A program made the position numbers and the translations under genes. A stretch of 64,000 bases of DNA from Pyrodictiaceae archaeon. GTDB taxonomy: Archaea; Thermoproteota; Thermoprotei_A; Sulfolobales; Pyrodictiaceae. The stretch lies in the NCBI GenBank assembly GCA_027036135.1, contig JALVSY010000016.1:384001-448000 (forward strand), given 5' to 3'. Shown here one piece after another: positions 1-10,793 of the stretch; position 1 is the stretch's first letter, and the number at the start of each line of letters is the position of its first letter. Below the pieces are notes generated by a model. That model did not search any database, had not been told where the DNA came from, and saw only the letters and a list, made by a program, of their open reading frames with translations.

Positions 1-308
1 TCCAGGCCCTTGGAGCGCAGCTTCTCGATAGCTACTGGTGCCTCTGGGGAAGGATCAATGCTGCTAAAGAGGGCTTCTAGGTCCCACCTTGTTATGCCTG
101 GCCTGGCCTCTATCCAGGCCAGTGTGTCTAGGTACATCCACTCCCAGTACCTTATAGCCCCTCTCATGAAGGCGTTGTAGTTCAGTTTGCTCTCCTCAGT
201 AGTGCCTAGTTTCTCGTGTATATAGCCCCAGCTACTACGTATGGGTACTAGGACTCCGTCAACATCAAATACTACTAAGCGTATGCTGCAAGTCTTACGT
301 GGGTTCAT
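1..308 (-). CDS. HAD-superfamily hydrolase (phosphoserine phosphatase-like); 3' end runs off the window
   Basis: Manual translation from ATG at 308: MNPRKTCSIRLVVFDVDGVLVPIRSSWGYIHEKLG..., with HAD motif I (DxDGVL). Confidence 0.8.
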   Translation of the reverse strand, partial: MNPRKTCSIRLVVFDVDGVLVPIRSSWGYIHEKLGTTEESKLNYNAFMRGAIRYWEWMYLDTLAWIEARPGITRWDLEALFSSIDPSPEAPVAIEKLRSKGL

Positions 309-362
309 GTAGTGTTCCTCCCACGGGCTCTGACGAGGGATGATTGAGCCAAGGCTTCTTAG

Positions 363-1271
363 TTACTCTGGCTTGTGGAACGATATGGCGGCATAGCCTA
401 CGGCTATGTCTTCTTCCCCGGTTAGCTGGGCCGAGTTGTAGTACTTCAGCAGCCTTGGCTTGGCTCCAACGCTCTTAGCATACTCCATTAGTGCCGCTAT
501 GGCTCCATAGCCGCATACTGTTGCCCCGGTATCAGTTAGGCGTTTGTAGAACCCCTCGGTGTCTAGCTCGAGGATGCGCTCTATTATTGAGAGGTCGAGC
601 TTCGCTACATTCTCTGCAATGTTCTCGCTGAACACTATGTAGCCGTACATGTAGCCGTGGTGAGTGAAGTCAGAGGATGCTAGGAATACTATCCTTCTAC
701 CAAGCGCCTTAGCTGCCTCAAGAATAGCGCTTGCCATGTCGCGGGCCATGCTGGGCGTGGCGTCCCGGACAGTTATTGGGACTATGGAGAACCCGTCGCC
801 ATAGATGTATTGGAGGAAGGGTAGCTCCACCTCGATGCTGTGCTCCTCTAGGTGGGCTAGGTAGTCGTCAACCACGCGGCTAGTCCTCTTCATAATCTCG
901 TCTATCAGCTCAAGGTCAACAGGAATCTCGCCCAGCGGCGTAAGCCACTTGGCAAACCGCTTAGTAGTCGTGAAGAATCCTCCGTAACCAGTGTGGTTAG
1001 TACCCAGTATAACAAAGGTATCCGGCGCAAGTGTGGTCTCAGCTAGCTCTAGGTAGAAGTGAGCAGCACATGGCCCGGAGTAACTATAGCCAGCGTGGGG
1101 CACGACGCCCCCTACTACGCAGCACTGGTCTCTCCGTGATAGAGGCTTGGGCAGCCTACCTGGACCGAAGCCTTCGCGGAGAAAGCTACTCTCAATAGCT
1201 CTTATCAATTCTCCACGGTCACTGGGATAAAACCCTATCATCGCAGCGTAGGGCTTCCTTACCTCAGTCAA
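363..1271 (-). CDS. amrB: MEMO1 family protein (AmmeMemoRadiSam system protein B)
   Basis: GFYP, VVPHAGYSYSG, GTNHTG, EHSIEVELPFLQ, SSDFTH and TVCGYG motifs. Confidence 0.92.
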   Translation of the reverse strand: MTEVRKPYAAMIGFYPSDRGELIRAIESSFLREGFGPGRLPKPLSRRDQCCVVGGVVPHAGYSYSGPCAAHFYLELAETTLAPDTFVILGTNHTGYGGFFTTTKRFAKWLTPLGEIPVDLELIDEIMKRTSRVVDDYLAHLEEHSIEVELPFLQYIYGDGFSIVPITVRDATPSMARDMASAILEAAKALGRRIVFLASSDFTHHGYMYGYIVFSENIAENVAKLDLSIIERILELDTEGFYKRLTDTGATVCGYGAIAALMEYAKSVGAKPRLLKYYNSAQLTGEEDIAVGYAAISFHKPE

Positions 1272-1366
1272 TGCAGAGTCACCTAGCTCCTAGTCCCCGA
1301 GGATAGTATTGTTCAGTGACTTGTTGAAAATAGTTACTGGGAAGAGGATTACTCCTAGAGGAATAG

Positions 1367-2503
1367 CTACTCGTAGATCCTGCCCTTGTCTAGCTCGCCT
1401 AGTAGCTCGTCTAGGTTCAGCAGCCCTATGCCCACGAAGGTGTCGCTAGCCCCATAGGATATCACGTAGTTCCGGCCCTCCAGCGGCCATATGCCGCACG
1501 GGAACACCACGTATGGACGGTCGCCGAATATCTCCCAGAGCCTCTGGGGAGCCATTATGTAGTGAGGCGTAACGGCCTTTACGACTACTTCATCGGGTTT
1601 TAGCTCTAGCTCGGCGGCGAATACGCGGTAAGCCTGTAGCTCCTCGTCAACCCCGTGGATCAGTACGACGACGCTATCCCGCCCAGTCCTTATGGGCGGA
1701 GTAGCCCAGCCAATCTTTGTCTCGAACCCAGCGGGGCGGAGGACCTCGAACCCATCGCTCACCTCTACCCGCTCCGGGCAGTCATCATCCCTCCTCTTTT
1801 CCACGATGTTGCTTGGCAGCTTGCTCACTACTGTGAAGAACTCCTCGCTGTCCATGTGGAGGCGCTGGAATAGGTACAGCTCATCGCCCTGCCTGTATAG
1901 GAAGGCGTCCTTGTTGCTCACGAGGTGCTTTTGCAAACCCCCGGCAAGCGTGTAAGCGTGTATCTTGACCCACCTGGGCTGCCCATCGTCTCCCTCTTCC
2001 CGTACAGCTGTTACTGGTAATGTGCGCTCGTTCCCGGGCCGGAAATAGTTAACAGTGCGCCCCGTGTACGTCATGTAGAGCCGCTTGTCTCCCTCTAGCT
2101 GGTAGACCCTGGGATCCTCAGCCCCCCATAGGTCGTAGCGGGTTGATGGGTAAATAACAATCCTCCCAGTATAGATGTTAAGGTTTATGTCACCGTTATG
2201 TATATCCTCGAGGGGAATAGGTATCTCTATCACACTGGAGACGTACATGTAGTACCCGGCCACTATCCTGGCATAGAGTACGAGGAATTCTCCCTCCTCT
2301 GTTCTCTCAACGGTGACAGCTGAGTTAAACACTGTGACAGGATGATGCACGGGATAACCATTAATGACTACGTGCTCCCGGTTAAGAACGCCCAGTCGCC
2401 TAACAATGTCGCGCGTCTCGAACCGCCTAAGCCTAGAGGCATCCCACATACCAGTTGCTCTCCTGAAGAGCGAGGAGTAGCCAGGAGAAGCAGGCCTAGT
2501 CAT
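1367..2503 (-). CDS. GH130-like glycosidase/phosphorylase (DUF377 beta-propeller)
   Basis: VFNSAV, GAEDPRV, NKDAFL, KIGWATPPI, LIHGVD, VVFPCG and SYGASD motifs. Confidence 0.8.
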   Translation of the reverse strand: MTRPASPGYSSLFRRATGMWDASRLRRFETRDIVRRLGVLNREHVVINGYPVHHPVTVFNSAVTVERTEEGEFLVLYARIVAGYYMYVSSVIEIPIPLEDIHNGDINLNIYTGRIVIYPSTRYDLWGAEDPRVYQLEGDKRLYMTYTGRTVNYFRPGNERTLPVTAVREEGDDGQPRWVKIHAYTLAGGLQKHLVSNKDAFLYRQGDELYLFQRLHMDSEEFFTVVSKLPSNIVEKRRDDDCPERVEVSDGFEVLRPAGFETKIGWATPPIRTGRDSVVVLIHGVDEELQAYRVFAAELELKPDEVVVKAVTPHYIMAPQRLWEIFGDRPYVVFPCGIWPLEGRNYVISYGASDTFVGIGLLNLDELLGELDKGRIYE

Positions 2504-2646
2504 GGTGAATTACTCCTCCCAATTACCAAGCCATTCTTCATGATTACTGGGGGTTAATAGATAGAAGGGTCTTGGTAAACAAAACACGGCTAAGGAGCCA
2601 CGAAAAGGCCTCAGCGAGGAGAGCCGGGTTGCGCGCCCAGTGGAGA

Positions 2647-3447
2647 ATGGTAGAGTTCGCTGACTACCGAGAACCAAGTGGGAGAGCCTTATCAAGGATA
2701 GCTATAGTCTATGGGCCCCTGCACTCAAGACGCAGAGGCTTCTCACTCGGAATAAACCTGTTCCCGGGACCAAGTATCTGTAGCTTTAACTGCATATACT
2801 GTTTCCGCGGCGGAGCTCAGCGCCACTTGGCCAGCGTTGAGAGGGACGAGGCAGGCCTAGACCCGGACAAGGTGATTAGAGCCATTAGCTACGCGCTCCG
2901 AAGACTGGGCAGCGATGCTGAGAAGCTACGAGCAATAGATTTCTCTGGCAACGGCGAGCCAACTCTTCATCCACGTTTCGCTGAGATAGTGAGAGCAGTA
3001 CGAGAATACATAGATAGTAAAGGGATGGGGATAAGCCTTGGTCTCTTCACTAACTCTTCGAGGCTCTGTGGCCCGGCGGTGCGCGAGGCTCTCCCATACC
3101 TTGACCACGTAGAGGCCAAGCCGGACACAGTGGTGACCTGGAAGTTCCGCGTAATAAATCAGCCAGCACCCGGCGTAGAGCTACACGATATGCTGGAGTG
3201 CCTAGCTATGCTCCGTGGCCTCTTCCACGGCACCGTAGCTCTACAAGTAATACTGCTCGAGACGGACGGCTTCGCTAACTACTGGCCCTGGGACGCGGAA
3301 CAATTAGCAAGCCTAGCTGAGAAGATTAGCCCGGACAGAGTCAATCTCTACACCGTATACGCGCCACCCCGACAAAAAGCTGTGAGAAAAGCACCCAAGC
3401 CGCAAATGGAGAGATACGCCGCCATACTAAGGGGGCACGGGCTATGA
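2647..3447 (+). CDS. Radical SAM protein (COG0731, wyosine-synthase-related Fe-S oxidoreductase)
   Basis: YGPLHSRRRGFSLGINL, CSFNCIYC and FSGNGEPTLHP motifs. Start refined to ATG 2647 (ORF track begins at 2572). Confidence 0.82.
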   Translation: MVEFADYREPSGRALSRIAIVYGPLHSRRRGFSLGINLFPGPSICSFNCIYCFRGGAQRHLASVERDEAGLDPDKVIRAISYALRRLGSDAEKLRAIDFSGNGEPTLHPRFAEIVRAVREYIDSKGMGISLGLFTNSSRLCGPAVREALPYLDHVEAKPDTVVTWKFRVINQPAPGVELHDMLECLAMLRGLFHGTVALQVILLETDGFANYWPWDAEQLASLAEKISPDRVNLYTVYAPPRQKAVRKAPKPQMERYAAILRGHGL

Positions 3448-3865
3448 GTACACATCTACTCTGAATAGCAGTAGGACAAATCATATTGTGGTTAAGGACT
3501 GTTTAATCTTACTCGTTCAAATCGCGGTAATTAGGATTTCTCGTTCTTGGCGTCGTTCCTAGGATCACTGTGCTCTAGATCTTTTAAGACAGCCTCGGAC
3601 TAAGCCGCAGTAACTTCACGATATTAGTTACTTGTTGCAGCCTCATAAAATGTTAGAAATTGAAAAGCGGCTTCTCGAGAATCTTTCTGTGTGAGTTCTC
3701 TAGTCACACTCTTCATGATATTATGTGATACATGCTCGTCGCAGTCACTTAGTGTTACTAAGCTACCAAGAGCTTATGAATATTTGTCGTGGCACAATAT
3801 TATATTCGACGCTAACATTTTACTACTACACTACCCTAGTAAACTCGACAAGAGGGGCCCCTAGC

Positions 3866-4225
3866 TTGGCTGAAGAGGCTGTATTGTCTACTGTACTCAG
3901 CCAGGTCTCTAAGAAGATATTGGAGAAGCTAGAGAAGGGAAAGCGGCTTAGCACGGAGGATCTACTATTGTTATATCTCGACCTCATGCACAAGGAGATG
4001 CGAGAAATAAGAGAGGAAATAAGGGAGACCAATAGGAGAATAGATGAGACCAATAAACGAATAGACAAAGTGCAGGAAGTATTATCTGCGAGAATAGACA
4101 AGGTACGGGAGTCTCTATCGGTAAGGATAGACCACGTACAGGAGACGCTCCTAGCAAAGATAGAAGAGGTTAATAAAAGGATAGACGAGCTATACAAGTT
4201 ATATGCAGAGCTAAAAAGACCATAG
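3866..4225 (+). CDS. paREP15-like coiled-coil repeat protein
   Basis: TTG start after GAGGGG; IDETNKR-type repeats; N-terminus nearly identical to 47549..48046. Confidence 0.7.
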   Translation: MAEEAVLSTVLSQVSKKILEKLEKGKRLSTEDLLLLYLDLMHKEMREIREEIRETNRRIDETNKRIDKVQEVLSARIDKVRESLSVRIDHVQETLLAKIEEVNKRIDELYKLYAELKRP

Positions 4226-4672
4226 TACTGGCTAGCAATGGTTCACGGCTCGTCACAAATTACTTAGCAAGACCCCAGCATAAGGGGACACGGTTAGCTC
4301 TAGGTAGTTCCGAGCAGGATTGGTACGGAAAAGTGGTTCTGCAACCTCTTCATCGTCCATCTCAGCATTAGCTCTTTCTATGGTCTCTGTGCTCTAAGGT
4401 TCCCTTGCGAAGTTCCTGGTATCCGGCTTCACGCCGCGCTTTCCCCGGCTATGCTGTTGCTTATTAGAACGCAACCTATGTTATGCCTGGTTGCTTACTA
4501 AGCCATGGCTAAGAGAGAACTATGTATGTTAGTAATGGGGCTCTAAATCATACAGTTAAGGCCATGCGGTGTCCTTCTTGGAGCACATAGCTATTATTAA
4601 GCAAAATACGTATGGACGCTACAAGCAATAGTACCTTTGCACCCCTATTCTGAGTACACGGGTTCCCTAGGG

Positions 4673-5383
4673 ATGCCCGAAATATACATCGGTACATCTG
4701 GCTGGCTATACGACTGGAACCTAGGCGGCAACCTAGACTGGTATGTACAGCATAGTGGGCTTAACGCGGTTGAGCTTAATGCTTCCTTCTATCGCTTCCC
4801 ATACCCGAGCCAGGTCAGATCGTGGGCTAGGAAGGGCAGGAAGCTAAGGTGGAGCATAAAGATCCACCGCTCCATAAGCCATACGAGGCGCTTGAACGAG
4901 AAAGCCCTGCCGATATGGAACCGTTTCTACGAACTCTTCGCGCCAATGGAGAAGGAGAGGATAATTGATTTCTACTTACTGCAGCTCCCCCCGAGCTTCG
5001 ATACCAGAAAAGAATACGTGGAGAGATTGAGGAGGTTTGCTAACTATACGGGGCTCGGCGAGAGACTAGCGATCGAGTTCCGCCACTCATCGTGGCTCGA
5101 TACCGGGAAGGGCGTGGAGCTGTGCAGGGAGCTAGGCGCCACCTTTGTCTCCATAGACGCTCCTATAGGAACGTACATAGAGCATAGCAACGGCACAGTG
5201 TATCTCAGGATACATGGGAGGCTGTACTGGTACGCCCATGACTACAGTATAGAGGAGCTCGCCGAGCTAGCGGAGAAAATCCTGGGCCTGCATTCCCGCC
5301 GCATCTACGTCTTCTTCAACAACGATCACTGGATGCTCGAGAACGCGAGAACAATGAAACAGATATTGCTAAAAATGAGCTAG
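4673..5383 (+). CDS. DUF72 family protein
   Basis: IYIGTSGW, AVELNASFYRFP, LLQLPPSF, AIEFRH, YLRIHG and VFFNND motifs. Confidence 0.9.
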   Translation: MPEIYIGTSGWLYDWNLGGNLDWYVQHSGLNAVELNASFYRFPYPSQVRSWARKGRKLRWSIKIHRSISHTRRLNEKALPIWNRFYELFAPMEKERIIDFYLLQLPPSFDTRKEYVERLRRFANYTGLGERLAIEFRHSSWLDTGKGVELCRELGATFVSIDAPIGTYIEHSNGTVYLRIHGRLYWYAHDYSIEELAELAEKILGLHSRRIYVFFNNDHWMLENARTMKQILLKMS

Positions 5384-6747
5384 TGCGTCTCCATCCACTT
5401 AATAGCTTTTATGAACCAGCCTATGTCGTGGTAACCCATGGATATCAACATGTATTTACTGCCTTGCCTCCATATTACAATACCTGGTGTACCACGTATA
5501 CCTACGTCTTGCGCGTGTTGAATTGATAGCTCAACGTATTTTGCAGCTGGGCAGGATGGTGTAATGTTGAATTCTTTTTCCAATTTCTTTATTATTGTTG
5601 CTAGTTTTTGCTCGGCTTTCCCGCTTAATATATAACTATATATCTCCTTATATGTTGAATATAATATATTGTAGTAACTCCAAGCATTGTGTGTCTTATT
5701 ATAGTAGCATAGCATAAGTTTATGGAATTCAAATTCTACTTGAGAGTTGTGTACAGGTAGATCAAGTATGTGAATTGTTATTGTGTTGTTTTTAGCGTAT
5801 TGAATTAGCTTAGGCATGACACTAATGTAGAGCTTTGCACAGAAGGGGCACATTATGTCGTCGAAGATGGCTATATGTATCTTGCCGTGTCCTAGCGCAG
5901 GGTGCTTGTCTAAGTAAGGTATCGGCTTGTACTTTATTAGTGCGGCCGGTACGAGGCCTAGCCCAGCTAGTAGCTCTGCAAGGCTATCCTTGTAGTCATA
6001 GTATATGCCTGGCGCTACTTCCCGGAGGTCGGGATTATACTTTGCTAGGTCGGCGTCGCTTTCTGCATAGACAGCAGGATACTCGTCTGGTACTATGTTT
6101 GCGGGCGGCTTGTTGACTACTCGTATATCTTTTATATCGGCGACGAAGATGGCTGATAGCGCTACGGCAAGCCTACCTTTAGCGACTTCAAGGTATTTCT
6201 CGTTAACTTGCGTTCCTGGGGCATTGCCGTTAACTATTATTATCTTTGCCTCGTGGGTGTATCTTGGCGCTCCCTTGCCTAGGTACATTCCTAGCTGTGT
6301 AGCAAAGGAGGCAAAGTAGTCATATCTGAACGGTATGTAGCCGCCGGGCAACGTCTCGTTGAGGACGAAGTCCCGGAGCTTGCCTTTTATCTCACTCATG
6401 TTTATCTTGAACACTAGTGCCGGGTACATTGGTAGACTTGTTAACCCGGTCTCCTTGGCGCTGAGAGCACAGAACTTTGTACCTGGTGGTAGATTACTCG
6501 CTAATTGTTTCTCAACGTACTGGAGAAGTGTGTCCGCGAAATCTTTTTCCCCCTTCTCATATACTATTATAGCTGATGGGCCCTTTAAGCACGCCTCTAG
6601 GCTGGGTTGCTGCGTCGTTGTTGTGGTCACTTTTTCTCCCTTCGTGGCAGAGGAGCTCTTGCTCATTAATAAGTAGGCTGCTATACCACCTACAACTATG
6701 ACTGCGACTAGGACACTGATAACTAGTGTCTTGGACAGGGCTCTCAA
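5380..6747 (-). CDS. Membrane-anchored DsbA/thioredoxin-domain protein
   Basis: N-terminal TM helix and Thr-rich linker; C-terminal DIMCPFC and GIRGTP. Confidence 0.75.
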   Translation of the reverse strand: MRALSKTLVISVLVAVIVVGGIAAYLLMSKSSSATKGEKVTTTTTQQPSLEACLKGPSAIIVYEKGEKDFADTLLQYVEKQLASNLPPGTKFCALSAKETGLTSLPMYPALVFKINMSEIKGKLRDFVLNETLPGGYIPFRYDYFASFATQLGMYLGKGAPRYTHEAKIIIVNGNAPGTQVNEKYLEVAKGRLAVALSAIFVADIKDIRVVNKPPANIVPDEYPAVYAESDADLAKYNPDLREVAPGIYYDYKDSLAELLAGLGLVPAALIKYKPIPYLDKHPALGHGKIHIAIFDDIMCPFCAKLYISVMPKLIQYAKNNTITIHILDLPVHNSQVEFEFHKLMLCYYNKTHNAWSYYNILYSTYKEIYSYILSGKAEQKLATIIKKLEKEFNITPSCPAAKYVELSIQHAQDVGIRGTPGIVIWRQGSKYMLISMGYHDIGWFIKAIKWMETH

Positions 6748-6975
6748 GGCGTGTTATCCCCTTTCCCGGGATTATTCCTCGGTGAGAAACGTGCAAGTGC
6801 CCCCTCTTGTATGTTCCTCTCCTTTATTGTAATTATTTTTAGTTATTTTTGAAAATTTTTGTTTTACGGTTGTATCAGTGGGATTCGTGGCAGTATTTTT
6901 TACCTACAAAGGCTATTCAGTCTCTTTTGTCTCGGGGTACAAAGATATAATAGGTTTAAAAGGTGTGTTTATCTC

Positions 6976-8505
6976 TTGCCTATTGGGGAAATATTTAGAC
7001 ATGATACAATCAAGAAGATAATATTAAAGTATAAGACTATTTGGGCGCTTGGACATGCAATGGCGCTAATGGGCTGGGATTTAGAGACTTATATGCCCCA
7101 AGATGGTATAAAAGACAGATCAGAAGCATTTGCGGAACTTGAGGCGCTACGGCAGAGATTGGTGAAGGACCCAGAGTTAGAAAAATTGGTAAACGAGGCA
7201 GAGAAGGATAGTGGCTCCCTTAACGATTATGAACGCGGCGTAGTTAGAGTTATGAAGAGAACTATAAGGATAGCTAAGGCTATACCAGAGGAACTCATAA
7301 GGCGCGAGGCAAAGGTGACTAGTGAGGCTACGGTTGTTTGGAAAAGAGCTAAAAGTAAGGCTAACTTTGACCTATTTAAGCCGTACCTAGAACAGATAGT
7401 TGAGATACAGAGAGAAAAGGCGGAGAAATTAGGCTACGAGGAGCATCCCTACGATGCATTACTGGATTTGTATGAGGAGGGTCTCCGTACTAGAGATGTT
7501 GAGAAAATTTTCAACGAACTAGTCCCTGCAACAAAGAAAATACTAGAAGCTATACGTTCTATGGGTTTCTATCCAAGTCACCATCCATTAGAAGATAGAG
7601 AGTATGATATTGACGCAGCGCAGCAGCTTATAAGAGACATACTTGTCGGATTCGAGTGGCCGTGGAACCGAGGCAGGGTAGACGAATCAGCACACCCATT
7701 CACTATAGAGATGGGGGTAAACGACATCAGGATAACAGTTAGATACGAAGGCCGCGACATCAAGCGAGCAGTCTATAGCCTAGTACACGAGTACGGCCAC
7801 GCACTCTACGAGCTACAGGTAGACCCAAGGCTAGCACACACCCCGATAGGCGGCGGCGTGAGCATGGGGATACACGAGGGCCAGTCAAGGTTCTGGGAAA
7901 ACATAGTAGGCCGCGGACCATGGTTCATCAAGTGGCTCAAGGAGAGACTAGACAAGCACATAGGCTACACAAAGAGCTACGACCCAGTAGAGATCTACCG
8001 CTACGTAAACACTGTTAGGCCAGATCTCATAAGGGTAGATGCAGACGAGGTCACCTACAACCTCCACATATACCTACGCTTCGACATAGAGAAGAAACTA
8101 ATAGAGGGAACACTACACCCATCAGAAGTACCAATGTACTGGGACAACAAGATAGAAGAACTACTAGGGGTAAGACCAAGAAACGTCGCAGAGGGAGCAC
8201 TACAGGATATACACTGGAGCCACGGAAGCATAGGATACTTCCCAACCTACACCCTAGGCAACGTAGTGGCAGCAGCAATGTGGACCCGCATGGGAGGTCC
8301 CGATTCAGAGCTTTTGCGAAAACTAAAACTACGAAGCATACGCAACTGGTTAAAAGAGAGAATACACCAATGGGGAGCAACCTATGCCCCTAAGGAACTA
8401 CTGCGGAGAAGCCTAGGAGTAGAACTAACAGCAAAATACCTAGTAGAATACCTCGAATGGAAATACCTAGAGTTGCCAAACAAGCTCAATGAATATATAG
8501 CATAG
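6976..8505 (+). CDS. Thermostable carboxypeptidase, family M32
   Basis: HPF, HEYGH, IHEGQSRFWEN, LIRVDADEVTY and QDIHW...GYFPTYTLG motifs. Start refined to TTG 6976. Confidence 0.95.
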   Translation: MPIGEIFRHDTIKKIILKYKTIWALGHAMALMGWDLETYMPQDGIKDRSEAFAELEALRQRLVKDPELEKLVNEAEKDSGSLNDYERGVVRVMKRTIRIAKAIPEELIRREAKVTSEATVVWKRAKSKANFDLFKPYLEQIVEIQREKAEKLGYEEHPYDALLDLYEEGLRTRDVEKIFNELVPATKKILEAIRSMGFYPSHHPLEDREYDIDAAQQLIRDILVGFEWPWNRGRVDESAHPFTIEMGVNDIRITVRYEGRDIKRAVYSLVHEYGHALYELQVDPRLAHTPIGGGVSMGIHEGQSRFWENIVGRGPWFIKWLKERLDKHIGYTKSYDPVEIYRYVNTVRPDLIRVDADEVTYNLHIYLRFDIEKKLIEGTLHPSEVPMYWDNKIEELLGVRPRNVAEGALQDIHWSHGSIGYFPTYTLGNVVAAAMWTRMGGPDSELLRKLKLRSIRNWLKERIHQWGATYAPKELLRRSLGVELTAKYLVEYLEWKYLELPNKLNEYIA

Positions 8506-8615
8506 AAGTTAGGAAACTCAACGCCTAGAGCACCACGGCCTCTCAACGATATGTCTACCGGTGTATTGTTTTTATAACACATCTTCCACAATATACTCAA
8601 TATATGCGTGTAATC

Positions 8616-9081
8616 ATGAGCGCGAAAGAGGAGATTAGAAAGCTAGGTGGAAGATTAGATATGTCCCTCACGAAATTATCCAGGACTTCAACGCCTGCTA
8701 CAGAGTCAAGTACAAGGAGGAAATAATCTATCCTCCAGCAGCAGATAGACTCGACATACCATTAAACGAGATATGGCTATCCGAGCGGCTAAGAGACTAC
8801 GAGGAATATGTACTGTTTCACGAGCTTCGAGAAATAATGCATAGGTATCAAGGCTATGATACTAAGGAGGCACATCTTAGAGCCAGAATAGATGAGGCAA
8901 AAAGGTTCCGCAACGAACCTAAATGGATAAAGATACTTTGAAGGATTCCCGGATTATAGCGTCCCTCTTCGCTGCCTAAAGAACTATGCGAAGCTATAAG
9001 AAGCGGCATAAAGACCTCAAACGTGCTCTTCAAAATACTAGTGAAATGTATTAAGAGACCAAAGGAGGTCGCTGAGCCATA
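8616..9081 (+). pseudogene. Frameshifted hypothetical gene with HELRE (HExxE) motif
   Basis: ATG 8616 gives MSAKEEIRKLG; a frame switch near 8648 gives WKIRYVPHEIIQDFNACY...VLFHELREIMHR; further breaks after 8940; 3' end approximate. Confidence 0.55.
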
Positions 9082-9228
9082 AATAACCCGGGGGTTCTTA
9101 GCAAGTTCTTTGCAACAAAAATGCAACTCATTATACTTTGCTATTTAGTGTTCCACGGGAAGGGCGTCAAACCATCGCCTCTAGGGCGGCAATGCAATCT
9201 ATATGTAGCGTCTAAGAGGATATTAGTT

Positions 9229-9486
9229 ATGGAGTTTACAGCTAAGTACCTGGGTACTAGAGCCTTGTCGGCCTCAACTAGTAGAAGTATAAAGCTGGTC
9301 AAGCCTGGTGAGCTGGACCGGGTTCCACCCGGTTATTGGGCTGCTATTATTGATGGCAAGGTGGTTGCTTGGGCTAAGAGTCTTCAAGAGCTATTAATGA
9401 TCATGGAGAGCAAGGGGTACAAGAAAGGCGAGTATGCAGTAGTAAAGGTTCCACCAGACGAGCTATTAGTGGCCGTAGCAGGTTAA
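9229..9486 (+). CDS. DUF5678-like small protein
   Basis: GYWAAIIDGKVVAWAKSLQELL pattern; lies directly upstream of a retropepsin gene. Confidence 0.6.
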   Translation: MEFTAKYLGTRALSASTSRSIKLVKPGELDRVPPGYWAAIIDGKVVAWAKSLQELLMIMESKGYKKGEYAVVKVPPDELLVAVAG

Positions 9487-9502
9487 GTAGGAGATAACAG
9501 CT

Positions 9503-9905
9503 ATGGCTGTGCAACTAGTATTCGACTATGTTGAAAGGCATGGCAGGCTGTATCCATTAATACTTGTGACTCTAAAAGCCCGGGAAGAGCTAACCTTATA
9601 TGCTCTCGTCGATAGTGGTGCCGTTATAAGTCTCTTCCCAGAAGATGTTGCGCATGCTATAGGACTAGACCTTAGCAGAGGAGAGACACTATACTTAACC
9701 GGGGTAGGAGGATATATAAAGGGGAAACTCATCCCGAACGTAAAGGCCATAATAGGGGAATTTAAGCTGGAAATCCCGGTAGTATTTGTGCCATATACCC
9801 CTATAGAACTGGCAGTTCTTGGGAGAAAAAGGCTTCTTTGAAGCCTTTGAGATAACGTTCAGGGAGTGGGAGAAAAAGCTAATAATAAAACTAAGAAGTG
9901 CATAA
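9503..9905 (+). pseudogene. Retropepsin-like aspartic protease with a C-terminal frameshift
   Basis: ALVDSGA catalytic motif and LGR. An extra A in the A5 run near 9826-9830 shifts the natural tail (GFFEAFEITFREWEKKLII) into another frame. Confidence 0.7.
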
Positions 9906-10018
9906 GCCATATATTTCTTTAATAGAAGACTTGATACGGACTAGCCGTAGGGGCTAGTTTTAGAGACTCCCATTATGCCTCTGTACGTAGGGTGATCCTA
10001 GTAGGAGAGGTTGTTACG

Positions 10019-10243
10019 GAGAAGTTGCTGAAGAGAATTGTTAGCGATCCATGAGTGATGGCTGGTAAACCACTTATCCGTGGTACAAGGATAACCGTTG
10101 ATATGATACTTGAGCTTCTTGCTTCGGGTATGAAGCCCGAAGAAATAGCTGAGGATTATGGTTTAAGTCTCGAGGACATTAAGGCGGCGCTGCTCTATGC
10201 TGCCAAGGTTCTCGGGAGAGAGGAGATAATAGTTGAAGCTTGA
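10019..10243 (+). pseudogene. DUF433 antitoxin with an in-frame TGA at 10052-10054
   Basis: EKLLKRIVSDP*VMAGKPLIRGTRITVDMILELLASG...EDIKAALLYA; 5' boundary approximate. Confidence 0.75.
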
Positions 10244-10610
10244 ACTTAGGTTGCTCCTTGACGAGAACATCGGGCTGAGAGTGTACCAAGAGCTTAGGAA
10301 ACAAGGGTACCACGTACAGTCAGTTCTTGCAGAACGTAGAGGAGCCTCTGACGAGGAGGTCGTTGAGATGGCTATTAGCCGTGGCAAAATAATAGTGACT
10401 ATGGCTAAGGATTTTTGGATATCTTGCTCAAGCATATAGGCCGCTCGGAGTAGTTATCCTAAGATTAAGAGACCCGAGGATACCTAATAGGCTTAAGGCC
10501 ATTCTAAGGGCACTCCGGCTCAAAGAACAACTATAGGGGCATATAACTATAGTAACTAACTATAGTAACCGACACGAAGATATGGAAACGACCAATCATG
10601 CCACAGTAGT
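10233..10610 (+). pseudogene. DUF5615 PIN-like toxin, degraded
   Basis: LLLDENIG...SDEEV...IVT.KDF, then a frameshift in the T5 run near 10411, a later stop and a short tandem duplication (aactatagtaac). Confidence 0.7.
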
Positions 10611-10793
10611 AAGAGAGCATGAGCTCTTGTCATAGCACTTTAAGAGTGCAGCAAGGCTCGCGTCTTGATAATTTCCATAATAAGGCTGGATTCATCTAAC
10701 TAGGGAGGCTATATAAGTAAAGGAAGCGTTAGTCTATCGATGAGTTTCCTTTAGTTATATGAAGCACTAGGTTACAGATTTTTCATTATTTCA

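Noticed and set aside
3445-3468. TGA followed by an in-frame VHIYSE* (also the TGA at 10052) as selenocysteine or readthrough
   Set aside because: Neither is at a Cys-equivalent position, and Sec is not expected in this lineage; simple nonsense mutations explain both.
4230-4630. Long intergenic stretch (also 3470-3720) as a possible ncRNA or mobile element
   Set aside because: I saw no terminal repeats, stable structure or recognisable motifs; these are probably decayed gene remnants.
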